In this document: piece after piece, positions 1-8,593 of the stretch | Layout of the letters: the number at the start of each line of letters is the position of its first letter | Position numbering within the stretch: position 1 is the first letter of the stretch | Virus record (IMG/VR): IMGVR_UViG_3300021400_001692 | Span: 14,815 to 78,814 of that record | Length of the DNA stretch: 64,000 nucleotides | Strand: one strand, 5' to 3' | Source: a virus | Taxonomy: Duplodnaviria > Caudoviricetes | Notes under the pieces: model-generated | Databases searched by the model: none | Told to the model about the DNA's origin: nothing | Seen by the model: the letters and a program-made list of their open reading frames with translations, nothing else | Program-made: the position numbers and the translations under genes

Positions 1-327
1 TGGAATAACCGTCTTGCAAACCTTGCTGAGGGCGAGGAAACCAACAGGGCTATTCAGACTGGCCTGAACCGCTGGAATTCCGGATTTGCCGGCGAGGGCA
101 GCCAGGAAACTGCTGATTTCATCAATAAGGGTTTGGCTAAATGGAATGCCACTGCTGACGCAAAGGCCGCTTTGAAGAGTGAGCTGATGCCTAAGCTGCT
201 GGCGGGCGGTGCTGCTGGAGGTACCGGACTTGCTGCTCTCGGCGCACTTCTCGGCCGCAAGACTGCTCCCAAGCCTGCTCCTGCGCGTGGCGTGGCCGCT
301 GCCCTGAGGGCTCTTCTCGGCCGCTAA
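1..327 (+). CDS. Partial (5'-truncated) putative virion/internal head protein with Gly/Ala-rich hydrophobic C-terminus
   Basis: Frame 1 is open from base 1 to TAA at 325-327; AGGAAGGTGLAALGALLG helix followed by RKTA. Confidence 0.6.
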   Translation, partial: WNNRLANLAEGEETNRAIQTGLNRWNSGFAGEGSQETADFINKGLAKWNATADAKAALKSELMPKLLAGGAAGGTGLAALGALLGRKTAPKPAPARGVAAALRALLGR

Positions 328-336
328 TTAGTTTAT

Positions 337-367
337 AAGTAACGGCTGGGCATCCAGCCGTTACTTA
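337..367. terminator. Stem-loop between first two genes
   Basis: AAGTAACGGCTGG-GCAT-CCAGCCGTTACTT inverted repeat; no long U tract. Confidence 0.5.
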
Positions 368-379
368 CGGGGTGCACAC

Positions 380-841
380 ATGAGCGCATATGAAACAGCA
401 TACAGCGAGACCATGTCTCTGATAAAGCAGGCTGGCGTTTCCGACGCTTACAAGACCAGGTCTTTGCTCCAGAAATTGCTCGGCGGGCATTTTTCGACGT
501 TAGGCGCTGCCAGGGCTATGGAATTGTCTCCTCTCGAAGCCAATGTGCTTAAGCAGACTTACGGACTTCATCCGAATGCTGACTTGGCCAGCCGAAATGC
601 TTGGCGGTCTGTAGCTGGCGGTACCATTGGCCAAGGTGTAGGAGCGCTGGCCGGTGGAATAGGTGGTGCCACACTTGGAGGGCTTCTCGCTGGAGAGGGT
701 GGAGCTGCCGGACTTGGTATGCTTGCGGCGGCGCCTGCCAGTATTCTGGGGGCACTGAAAGGCAGCATGCTCGCCACTAAGAAATATTCCAAGGAAGAGG
801 CGGAGAGAATCATGGCCGCCGCTATTGCCGGAAAGAAATAG
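380..841 (+). CDS. Putative internal head/ejection protein with glycine-zipper-like helices
   Basis: 153 aa ORF; LIKQAG near N-terminus; GxxxG-rich hydrophobic segment (GVGALAGGIGGATLGGLLAG). Confidence 0.6.
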   Translation: MSAYETAYSETMSLIKQAGVSDAYKTRSLLQKLLGGHFSTLGAARAMELSPLEANVLKQTYGLHPNADLASRNAWRSVAGGTIGQGVGALAGGIGGATLGGLLAGEGGAAGLGMLAAAPASILGALKGSMLATKKYSKEEAERIMAAAIAGKK

Positions 842-1560
842 TGTCAGACCTTGAAGACAGCATAGGCCCGGTAAAAGGCTCATTGTACGGGAGCGCTGCT
901 GCATTGGCAGCGCTTCGTGCGATGGAGCGTCTTAATTTGCCGGTTGTCAGCACAAAGCCGCAGCTGTCGGAGGCTGAAAGCGCTTCCCTGATAAAGCATT
1001 TTGCCCGCAAGTCGAAGGTTCCCCTGCGTATCAACAACATTCCGATTAGGTATGCAGGGGAATCGTTTTCATTGGACAGGCCCCAGCTCGGCGACCATAT
1101 TGTGCAGGCGCCGCTGAAAAGCTATGTTCTGGCGCATGAGCTAGGACATGCTACAAGCCCGATGCTCAAGCTTCACAGGGCGACAAGGTCTTTGTCAAAT
1201 GTTTTGCTGGGCAGCCTTCTATTGTCCTATCCGCTTACGAAGGCGTATGAGGCTTATGCCAAGGCGCGCAACCCTGAGGGTTACGCTGAAAAAGATCACA
1301 AGGCGCTGGACGCGCTGAATACCGCGGGGCTTACGGCGAACGCTGTGCAACTTGGTGAGGAAGCGCAGGCTACATTGCGCGGCGCCTATGCAATAGGGAA
1401 AATTAGTGGGGCCGCAAAAGGGCTTAAGGCTCTGGCATCCTTGTCCCCGGCGTATGGAACGTATCTTGCTGCTTTTCTGGCTGCACATAAATTAGCTCCT
1501 GCGGCTGCAGGGTGGTACGGAAAGAAATTTTCAATAGAAGGAGACAACGATGCCTCTTGA
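841..1560 (+). CDS. Zincin-like metallopeptidase (HExxH) with hydrophobic segments
   Basis: VLAHELGHATS motif plus downstream LGEEAQAT (candidate third ligand); GTG start overlapping upstream stop. Confidence 0.65.
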   Translation: MSDLEDSIGPVKGSLYGSAAALAALRAMERLNLPVVSTKPQLSEAESASLIKHFARKSKVPLRINNIPIRYAGESFSLDRPQLGDHIVQAPLKSYVLAHELGHATSPMLKLHRATRSLSNVLLGSLLLSYPLTKAYEAYAKARNPEGYAEKDHKALDALNTAGLTANAVQLGEEAQATLRGAYAIGKISGAAKGLKALASLSPAYGTYLAAFLAAHKLAPAAAGWYGKKFSIEGDNDAS

Positions 1561-3067
1561 TAGTTACATAGACGATTTGCTATCCGCCTACGGCGGCGGT
1601 GGCAATCCGGTGCTGGACAATCTTCGTTCCGGCCTGCACCCCGGCTCAGTCGAGCAGGCAGAGGGCGTACTCAACGGCTTGAGAGAACGTCTTAGCCTGA
1701 ATGGCCCTGCAACCGCGCCAGCTTCGGGTGGGGCTTCCACAGGATCCATACTTGATAGGACACTTCCTTCTGGAGGGTCAGCTTCTGCGCGTGCCCGTTC
1801 TGCAATTAGGGACGCCCTTTTTGCCGGAGGCGGGGGCAAGAACCCTGCTGCCGCTGCTCTTGACGCAGGCTTGCATGCGGGGACGCCATCTGAGGCGGCA
1901 GGCGCCATTAGCCGTTTGCGTGACAGGCTTGGAGGCGTAACTCCTTCCCTTGAAGAGGTTGTTCCGGAAATCGAGGGCGGACGCTCTACTTCTCTTGGCG
2001 AGCTTACGGAGAAACTTAGGCGCAGGCTTAGCCTGAATGGGCCTGCAACGGCGCCTGTTTCCGGAGGGGCTTCTACGGGAAGCATCCTCGACAGGACTTT
2101 GCCGCAGGGAGGCAAATCTTCAGACCGGGTGCTTTCCAGGATCAGGGAAGCCATCTTTGCTGGCGGCGGAGGACACAATCCTGCTGCCGAAGGCCTTGGC
2201 ACCGGATTGCATGAAGGCACGCTTGCCGGGGCAAAGGGAGCGCTTTCAGATTTGAGAAGCCGGCTTGCCAGCTCCCCAATAGCTCTTGAAGAGGTGCCTG
2301 AAGTTATAGAAGGCGGGCGCTCTACTTCTCTTGGTGAGCTTACAGAAAACCTCAGGCGTAGGCTTAGCTTGAACGGGCCTGCAACTGCGCCAGTTTCAGG
2401 AGGAGCTTCCACGGGAAGCATCCTCGACAGAACCCTGCCGAACGGCGGCAACGCTTCTGCCAAAGTGCTCAACAGCATTAGGGATGCCCTTTTTGCCGGA
2501 GGCGTGAGCAAGAACCCGGCCGCTGAAGGGCTTGCGTCCGGGCTGCATGAAGGCACGCCTGCTGGAGCAAGGGAGGCGTTTGCCCGGCTGAGGGATAGGT
2601 TCGCTCAGCTTCCTATCAACTTAGAGGAAGCCCCTGTCGCAGAGGAATCCGGCACTGCAGCAGCTAGGACTCTTAAGAAAATGATTCCAAGCCTGCCCGA
2701 ACCTCCGAAGGCAGCTCTCCCTGAGGCCGTAAAGGCTGTTGTTCCTGATGCGCCGGCACGCACCCTTCCTGATGTCGTAAAGGCCGTTGTTCCTGATGCG
2801 CCAGCACGCACCCTTCCGGAAGCCGTAAGAGCTGTTGCCCAGGAAGCGCCACGCACGGCCATCCCTGCGGCACCTAAAATTATAGCCCAGGCGCCTCCGG
2901 TAGTGCGCGCACCCATTCCGCCGTCCGCGCCGGTAACGGAAATAGCCAGCAGGGCTGCAGAGCCAATGTCTAACGCAATGAAGGCTCTCATTGGAGCCGG
3001 AGCCCTTGGTTCCTTGCTTGGCGGGCGGTCAGCTTGGCGTGAATGGGCGAAAAGGGCCAGGAGGTAA
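1550..3067 (+). CDS. Repeat-containing putative virion protein (505 aa)
   Basis: Three ~111-113 aa units containing LSLNGPATAPxSGGASTGSILDRTLP; three 16-aa PxxVKAVVPDAPARTL repeats; C-terminal hydrophobic helix. Confidence 0.7.
   Translation: MPLDSYIDDLLSAYGGGGNPVLDNLRSGLHPGSVEQAEGVLNGLRERLSLNGPATAPASGGASTGSILDRTLPSGGSASARARSAIRDALFAGGGGKNPAAAALDAGLHAGTPSEAAGAISRLRDRLGGVTPSLEEVVPEIEGGRSTSLGELTEKLRRRLSLNGPATAPVSGGASTGSILDRTLPQGGKSSDRVLSRIREAIFAGGGGHNPAAEGLGTGLHEGTLAGAKGALSDLRSRLASSPIALEEVPEVIEGGRSTSLGELTENLRRRLSLNGPATAPVSGGASTGSILDRTLPNGGNASAKVLNSIRDALFAGGVSKNPAAEGLASGLHEGTPAGAREAFARLRDRFAQLPINLEEAPVAEESGTAAARTLKKMIPSLPEPPKAALPEAVKAVVPDAPARTLPDVVKAVVPDAPARTLPEAVRAVAQEAPRTAIPAAPKIIAQAPPVVRAPIPPSAPVTEIASRAAEPMSNAMKALIGAGALGSLLGGRSAWREWAKRARR
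1690..2640 (+). repeat. Three degenerate ~335 bp intragenic direct repeats
   Basis: CTTAGCCTGAATGGCCCTGCAAC-like sequence recurs at ~1690, ~2027 and ~2363. Confidence 0.85.
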
Positions 3068-3069
3068 CT

Positions 3070-3393
3070 ATGGGCTCCATGGCATCATACATGGCTGACG
3101 AGTTTATGGGAGGCAAGCCCGGGCGCTTAGAAGATCTTGGTACGGGTGACGTATTCCCGCTGGGAAAGCAAGTGAAGGCGCCAAAGCTGGATAGTGCCCA
3201 GGAGATCGACGCGTTTAGGCAAACCGCTAATAAATTGGTGGCTAGCAAACCGGCGCCGACAATAGGAGCAGTTAGGCATTATAATGGTGATGAAGCAGCG
3301 CGTATTGCACGGGCCGCCTTATTAGCCCTTGCTGCAGCTGCAACATTAGGAGCGCGGTCACGCTATTCTTTAAGAAGCAAGCCTGTTAAATAA
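3070..3393 (+). CDS. Hypothetical protein
   Basis: ATG after GAGGT RBS; 107 aa; C-terminal hydrophobic helix. Confidence 0.6.
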   Translation: MGSMASYMADEFMGGKPGRLEDLGTGDVFPLGKQVKAPKLDSAQEIDAFRQTANKLVASKPAPTIGAVRHYNGDEAARIARAALLALAAAATLGARSRYSLRSKPVK

Positions 3394-3412
3394 ACTTGTT
3401 GATCTAAAAAAT

Positions 3413-3452
3413 AAATCCGCGCGGCTTGTGTATTTGTACACCGCGCGGATTT
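3413..3452. terminator. Terminator hairpin between convergent genes
   Basis: AAATCCGCGCGG...CCGCGCGGATTT stem with A/T-rich flanks. Confidence 0.7.
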
Positions 3453-3455
3453 TGT

Positions 3456-3956
3456 TTAACTGGCGGTCCAGTCGGAGACGCCGTAATTCCAGTCGCCTTC
3501 GACGGACAAGTGCGAGCCGTCCGCGAAGTCGTACTCGGAACTGTATGTGCCGAGCCTTGACTCTGACTTCGTGGGCTTGGGCTTCCGGCTCTTCAATTCC
3601 CGGAACCATTGCATTTCGTCCAGGAACGGGATCATGACATAGGTCAGCCCGGCGTCGTACAGGATGCCCCATTTTTGGGCATCAGTTGGTCCTGCCGCTT
3701 CGCTTGCGAATTTTTCGTGGCATTTCATTGTGAGGATTGCCACCTTCACAATTCGTTCTGTGTTGGGGAGGCGCCCCTCGGCCTTGACCTCCTTGAGCAT
3801 CTTGTTTAGGAGGTCAAGGCATTTCTGCCGATATCTTAGCCCCCCTTCCAGGGGCAGCCCTTGGATAAGGCGATAGACTGCCCTTTCCGGCCTGACCAGC
3901 TGATCAAGGTCGTGGGTTTCCTTTTCGATGAGTTTGAGCAGTTCGATGGTTTCCAT
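3456..3956 (-). CDS. Hypothetical early protein (inverted cassette 1)
   Basis: 166 aa ORF with AGGAGA RBS; own TGGTATAAG promoter at ~4073-4081. Confidence 0.75.
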   Translation of the reverse strand: METIELLKLIEKETHDLDQLVRPERAVYRLIQGLPLEGGLRYRQKCLDLLNKMLKEVKAEGRLPNTERIVKVAILTMKCHEKFASEAAGPTDAQKWGILYDAGLTYVMIPFLDEMQWFRELKSRKPKPTKSESRLGTYSSEYDFADGSHLSVEGDWNYGVSDWTAS

Positions 3957-4072
3957 AAAGTTCTCCTTTGCCCGCTTTTCGCAGGCAGATGATTGTTAAA
4001 CGAAAAAGGCGCCCCCGTTTCCAAGACGCCTTCCCAGCCAGCGGTGTCAAGGTTGGCTTTCGTTGCCACTAT

Positions 4073-4081
4073 CTTATACCA
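4073..4081 (-). promoter_or_regulatory. Putative sigma70-type extended -10 early promoter
   Basis: TGGTATAAG on - strand; same motif precedes five other - strand blocks. Confidence 0.6.
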
Positions 4082-4120
4082 GCCGCGCCCCCTCAAATTT
4101 CACGCTGCACGCGCCCATGC

Positions 4121-4146
4121 CAGCCACGCAATATTTACGTAGCAGA
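4121..4146 (+). promoter_or_regulatory. Putative phage late promoter motif
   Basis: CAGCCAC-GCAATATTTACGTAGCAGA; the 19-nt core is identical at 6023-6041. Confidence 0.65.
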
Positions 4147-4164
4147 AATTGACATGGAGGCGCT

Positions 4165-4824
4165 ATGGGCGCAGATTTTTACGATATGTTTTCGCTGGAA
4201 AAACGAGCTGACTGGGATGCTCCGGAGTTCTTGCGCATGGTTGGGGAGAATCCTGCGCCGGTGGGCAGCTCGTTTTCTTTGAGCGACTGGCTGCCAAAGG
4301 CGGATCGCAGCGGTGTTTGGGATACGTGGCTACCCAGAATACAGCATGAGCAGAACGACTTGCTGGCCACTACGGCAGCGAAGAAGCTTTGGAACGGCGC
4401 AGCCTATACGCTTGACATTCCGCGCCTGGCGCTCAAGGGCGTGCTTGGCTTAACAGACGTCATCAAGTACCCGTTCAGCCTGGCTTCCGATGCAATTACA
4501 GGTACGGGAAATGCGTTGAACAGCGCCCATGCATTGGCAGCAGGGCACGCGCCACGCGTAACAAATTTTGTTGATAACCACTGGGGTAAGCTGCTTGGCG
4601 GAGGCACACTTGGTGCTATAGGCGGTTACACCATGGTTGACCAGGCAAAGCGCAAAGCAGCGCGCCTTGCGGCCCTGAAGTCAAATGGGCTGTCACCGCG
4701 TGCAGCGATGCGTGCCGGCGGTGCGCTGGCTGGTGCTGGAGCTCTGTATGCGCTGTTTAAGCATCACCAGCGCAAGCGTTTTCTGGAGAACGCATTAGGA
4801 GGCGACGATGCCCAGCAATCTTAG
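4165..4824 (+). CDS. Putative internal head/ejection protein
   Basis: FSLEKRADW near N-terminus; two Gly-rich hydrophobic helices. Confidence 0.65.
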   Translation: MGADFYDMFSLEKRADWDAPEFLRMVGENPAPVGSSFSLSDWLPKADRSGVWDTWLPRIQHEQNDLLATTAAKKLWNGAAYTLDIPRLALKGVLGLTDVIKYPFSLASDAITGTGNALNSAHALAAGHAPRVTNFVDNHWGKLLGGGTLGAIGGYTMVDQAKRKAARLAALKSNGLSPRAAMRAGGALAGAGALYALFKHHQRKRFLENALGGDDAQQS

Positions 4825-5059
4825 GGACAGCCTGCTTACAAAGCTTTCAGCTTGGGGCGCTGGTGTTATAAAGACGATAAATAGCCAGGCAAAGCTTCCG
4901 AAATCACCAGTGAAGGGCGTTGGTTCGGCAAGCAAAACTCCTGAACTTGAAAACGTCGCATTGATGAGTGGCAGCCAGCCGAAAGTACTGCCTAACCAAT
5001 CAGCAGCAACGATTGCTGGAAGCGCTGTTGCTGGTGCGGATGCTATACCAATAAAATAG
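4808..5059 (+). CDS. Small hypothetical protein
   Basis: 83 aa; GGAGG RBS; N-terminus (LRDSLLTKLSA) resembles those at 54364 and 54539. Confidence 0.55.
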   Translation: MPSNLRDSLLTKLSAWGAGVIKTINSQAKLPKSPVKGVGSASKTPELENVALMSGSQPKVLPNQSAATIAGSAVAGADAIPIK

Positions 5060-5070
5060 GATAACAATCC

Positions 5071-5436
5071 ATGCAAAACACAGAATACATCGGCAAGCTT
5101 CTCTTCGCGAAGGTCGCCGGGGGCATAACGGAAAAGGAATTTAAGGACGAGTTTGAGAAGACGGCCGCCAATCCGCTTTCATGGGGCAAGTTTTTCAACG
5201 GCCTCGGCATGAAAGGCGCGAACTGGGCTACAGGCGGAAACAAAGGCGACTGGATGAAAAACATGACAACCGCCTGGAACAACACCTCCGGCTTTATGAA
5301 CAAGGCTAATCTTCTTGGCAATGTTGGATGGCATTGGGCCAAGCGGAATAAGGGCGCGCTTGCTTTGGGAGCTGCCGGCTTGTATGCAGGCAACAGGCTG
5401 CTCAATGGCGGCGGTGGCGGTTACGGATATAGATAA
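5071..5436 (+). CDS. Putative internal head/ejection protein
   Basis: LLFAKVAGG..EF..EFEKTAA N-terminal module shared with 6066 and 6970 ORFs; C-terminal GALALGAAGLYAG helix. Confidence 0.7.
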   Translation: MQNTEYIGKLLFAKVAGGITEKEFKDEFEKTAANPLSWGKFFNGLGMKGANWATGGNKGDWMKNMTTAWNNTSGFMNKANLLGNVGWHWAKRNKGALALGAAGLYAGNRLLNGGGGGYGYR

Positions 5437-5440
5437 GCTA

Positions 5441-5464
5441 AAAAAGGGGCGCAAGCCCCTTTTT
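5441..5464. terminator. Bidirectional intrinsic terminator
   Basis: AAAAAGGGGC-GCAA-GCCCCTTTTT between convergent genes. Confidence 0.85.
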
Positions 5465-5472
5465 GGTTAGGG

Positions 5473-5886
5473 TTAGCGGCGCTTTTTGCGCCCGAATTTG
5501 TCGTAGCCCTTGCTGGCTTTGTTAGGTACGTAGTACTCATTCATTGTAATAACTTCAGGATTCATGGCATCTTCGCCAGGACCGATTACGTCATACAAAG
5601 TTACGAAGTTTGTTTTTAAGTTACGTACGTATAGGCTACTACCATCTAAGAGTACAGCTTCATCACCGGTAGAGCATCCGCGTATACGAACTTCGCAACC
5701 CTGATTTACCCTGACATATTTCCATACTACGTATGGCAGGACAACAGGCGTGAATTTGTCTTTTTCGCGTGCGTCACGTTCTCGGTTAAGCATTGTATTC
5801 AGCTGGTAGTTCTGCTTATCCATGCTGTGCATTTTGAATAGCAGGGCAACGACGACAACTGCAAGTATGGCGATTACCACCTCCAT
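5473..5886 (-). CDS. Membrane-anchored early protein (inverted cassette 2); paralogue of 15268-15621
   Basis: ATG at 5886 after GGAGGG RBS; N-terminal TM helix EVVIAILAVVVVALLF; PYVVWKYVRVNQG aligns with PWVQYHGTRVYQG. Confidence 0.75.
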   Translation of the reverse strand: MEVVIAILAVVVVALLFKMHSMDKQNYQLNTMLNRERDAREKDKFTPVVLPYVVWKYVRVNQGCEVRIRGCSTGDEAVLLDGSSLYVRNLKTNFVTLYDVIGPGEDAMNPEVITMNEYYVPNKASKGYDKFGRKKRR

Positions 5887-5999
5887 ATCAGTTTTCCCTC
5901 CACAGCTATGGCGACCCCACAATGAGGCATGCCTGGGTGAAGGGTAGATTAAGCGCGGAATGATGTCCACGCATTTAAGGGCTTATACCAAAGATTTTT
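5887..5999 (-). promoter_or_regulatory. Early promoter plus conserved structured 5' leader (copy 1)
   Basis: TGGTATAAG followed by TGCGTGGACATCATTCCGCGCTTAAT and GCCTCATTGTGGGG, both identical in copy 2. Confidence 0.75.
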
Positions 6000-6015
6000 C
6001 CGTGTTTCGCGCTTT

Positions 6016-6041
6016 CAGCGTAGCAATATTTACGTAGCAGA
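6016..6041 (+). promoter_or_regulatory. Putative phage late promoter motif
   Basis: CAG-CGTA-GCAATATTTACGTAGCAGA upstream of 6066 ORF. Confidence 0.65.
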
Positions 6042-6065
6042 TATTTTTACCTATGGGGAACACTA

Positions 6066-6959
6066 ATGGATCGGTATCCAGCTACATATGACCAGACATG
6101 CGAGTTTGCCGGGCGCATGCTGATGGCGAAGTGCGCAGGGCAGATAGATGACGGCACATTTTCGGCTGCGATGCAGGAGTTTTACGAGGTAAACCCAGGC
6201 ATTTCCGAAGAACTGGAGAAGACGGCATTTTTAGGCATGCATCCAATTCGCGGCGCCCAGAACATGTGGAATAGGTTCCAGATGGGCAGGATGGCACGGA
6301 AAGCCGGTGAAATGGATAAGATGCTTACTGGGCAGACATTTACTTTTAGGCCACAGTATGGCGCGTCTAAACAGATGTCGATAGGCGATGCTGAAAAGTG
6401 GCGAGAAAATATGATCTCTAAATATCAGGGATTGCTTAATAATAAAAAAGCGCCTGACTATGCTAAAAATAAGGCTAAGTATGAAAGCGCTCTGAGATAT
6501 TACCAAGGCACAGACGCCCAGATCGAAGCCGCAAAGCAGCAGTTTAGGGCTAATAATAAAATGTCCTACGACTACGTCACCGGCCAGCGAAATCAGTTCA
6601 ATAGCCGTGGCGACATTTACGCGCAGCGGCTTGCACGGAACCAGAACATGCCGTTGCAGCAGATGCAGGAACAGCAGCGCATGACCGAGTCCTTGGATAG
6701 GCAGCGGCAGGCCATGAATGACCGCACTATTGCCGAGCAGGACGCCACTACGAAGAGGCTCCAGCAGGAGGCGACGGACTTCCGCAACGGCACGCAGCCT
6801 CAGCAGCAGGGCGGCGCCATAACTCAGTGGGTGAAGAACAATCCGTGGGTAGCCATTCCGGGGGCGGCAGCCGGATTTTACACATTGAATAATTTTATTG
6901 CGAACAGGCAGCCGCAGTATCCCCAGATGCCCATGTATCCCAGGGTAATGATGTACTAG
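6066..6959 (+). CDS. Putative internal head/ejection protein
   Basis: LMAKCAG...LEKTAFLG module; Gln-rich coiled coil; C-terminal hydrophobic helix. Confidence 0.7.
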   Translation: MDRYPATYDQTCEFAGRMLMAKCAGQIDDGTFSAAMQEFYEVNPGISEELEKTAFLGMHPIRGAQNMWNRFQMGRMARKAGEMDKMLTGQTFTFRPQYGASKQMSIGDAEKWRENMISKYQGLLNNKKAPDYAKNKAKYESALRYYQGTDAQIEAAKQQFRANNKMSYDYVTGQRNQFNSRGDIYAQRLARNQNMPLQQMQEQQRMTESLDRQRQAMNDRTIAEQDATTKRLQQEATDFRNGTQPQQQGGAITQWVKNNPWVAIPGAAAGFYTLNNFIANRQPQYPQMPMYPRVMMY

Positions 6960-6969
6960 AGGTGGTTAG

Positions 6970-7689
6970 ATGATAGACACTAGAGAACGCCTCGGCCACC
7001 TCCTTCTGGAAAAGGTTGCCGGCGGCATGGACGAAAGCACATTCAAGGCCGTGTTCACCAAGATGGCCGCTGGCGACCCCGTTTCGCTCACCATCGGACA
7101 GTGGCTGAAGAACGGCGCGTTTTTGCACAGGCCGCTGAATGCAGTGGCCGAGTCCCTTGTTGACTATGGCGCACGCAAGGCTTTGAAGGACAAGGCTGCA
7201 GCCAGGATGGCCGGCAGGGCCACGTTTGGCGCCGGTCCTATTGGAGGGCCTGCAAGCTGGCTCGGCAAGAAATTGTTCCAATACACCAACGCCGGCACGA
7301 GGGCCAATCTTGGTTCGCTTGGGCCGACAGCCGCGGTGCTGAACGACGCTACGTCGACCATGAATGATCTTCGCACGTCGATGTTCCGCAATTCGGAATA
7401 CGGCGGGAAGAAAGCGCTCAACAGCATTCTTGGTGAAAAGGAAATCAAAGACATCGCTGATTACGTTGCTTCGAAAGAGCAGCAGAACATGAAGTATAAG
7501 CTGATCCGCGATGCCATAATTGCAAGCGGCCTGACTGGCGGCGGGCTTTTTGCCTATCACAAGCTGCTTAGGCCACAGCTTCAGCAGCCTCAGCAGCCTC
7601 AGCAACAGCCGATGGCAATGCCGATGCCAATGCCAATGGCAATGCCGATGATGATGCCGTATCCGGCAACGGTAAAGGCGGGTAGTTAA
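6970..7689 (+). CDS. Putative internal head/ejection protein
   Basis: LLEKVAGG..F..VFTKMAA module; hydrophobic helix; QQP and MP low-complexity tail. Confidence 0.7.
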   Translation: MIDTRERLGHLLLEKVAGGMDESTFKAVFTKMAAGDPVSLTIGQWLKNGAFLHRPLNAVAESLVDYGARKALKDKAAARMAGRATFGAGPIGGPASWLGKKLFQYTNAGTRANLGSLGPTAAVLNDATSTMNDLRTSMFRNSEYGGKKALNSILGEKEIKDIADYVASKEQQNMKYKLIRDAIIASGLTGGGLFAYHKLLRPQLQQPQQPQQQPMAMPMPMPMAMPMMMPYPATVKAGS

Positions 7690-8268
7690 ATGGGCGTGCT
7701 TCTTCCAGATAAGAATAGCCCGATCAATGCGCTGGGCTTCCACAGGGGAAAGATGTTCTCGATGCGCAACCTGTTGCCGGCGGCCTTTATTTTCGGCATG
7801 CCGGCGTACCAGTTTGGCAGCGGGAGCGATTCGCTTGGCGGGGCTGTCGGCGACAGCGTTGCCGGATGGTATGGCTTTGGGCTTGGTGAGCGCCTCATAG
7901 ACAGGCTGTATCCCGACAATCCCATGGCGAAGGCGCAGGCGCAGAACTCCATCGACCGCGGGCTGGCAGCGCTTAAGCTGCATACGCCGGGAGAGACTCC
8001 GTCCATGCTTGCCCGTGCGCTGACCAGCAAGTTTGCGCGCGGGGCGCTCCGCATGGGCACGGGCATGGTGCTTGCCGGTGCGCTTGCGGACATGGGCAAG
8101 AAAGTTGGCGACAAGGTGCTGCCGCTGCGTAGGAAGAACGCTGAGGAGCAGGCCCGTGAGCGCCAGGAGCTTGTGGAGCGCGCCAGGTATGCGCAGCGCG
8201 TGCGCGAGACGCAGCTTGAAATGTTGAAGCAGAAGTACCCAGACGCGTTCACCGGAGATTTCGCATGA
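7690..8268 (+). CDS. Putative virion membrane-type protein
   Basis: 192 aa; three Gly-rich hydrophobic segments; C-terminal charged helix. Confidence 0.65.
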   Translation: MGVLLPDKNSPINALGFHRGKMFSMRNLLPAAFIFGMPAYQFGSGSDSLGGAVGDSVAGWYGFGLGERLIDRLYPDNPMAKAQAQNSIDRGLAALKLHTPGETPSMLARALTSKFARGALRMGTGMVLAGALADMGKKVGDKVLPLRRKNAEEQARERQELVERARYAQRVRETQLEMLKQKYPDAFTGDFA

Positions 8269-8591
8269 GATGTGAAGACATAGCTGTAGCGGCCGCGCTT
8301 GTTGACGCAGGGCTTGTGAAGGTGGCGTCCGACGAGGAATTTGAAGGCTTTGTCAAGGAGGCCTCGGCAGTGCCTGGCGACGACCGCCTTGTGGCGGCTC
8401 TGGGCACGGCGATCGAAAAGACGGCTGGTGATGAGCGCCAGAAGCTGGTTGACCTGCTGCTGCAGGTTGCCAGCAAGCCGCCCGTTATAGCGGGTACGGC
8501 AGGAGCGGCCCTTGGCCTTTACCTTGGCAATGAATCTAAACGCACGCGGGACCAGCTGGGCCTGCCATACAATTACGAATACGAGTTCTAA
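8265..8591 (+). CDS. Small putative head protein
   Basis: LVKVAS, FVKEAS, IEKTAG motifs; AGTAGAALGLYLG helix. Confidence 0.65.
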   Translation: MRCEDIAVAAALVDAGLVKVASDEEFEGFVKEASAVPGDDRLVAALGTAIEKTAGDERQKLVDLLLQVASKPPVIAGTAGAALGLYLGNESKRTRDQLGLPYNYEYEF

Positions 8592-8593
8592 CG

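Noticed and set aside
54-272. - strand 72 aa ORF
   Set aside because: It is the antisense of the partial + strand gene and has no RBS or promoter.
3960-4072. c-di-GMP or other known riboswitch
   Set aside because: GGCAACGAAAGCC resembles part of such motifs, but the paired GNRA/receptor and GCAAA elements are not present in the required arrangement.
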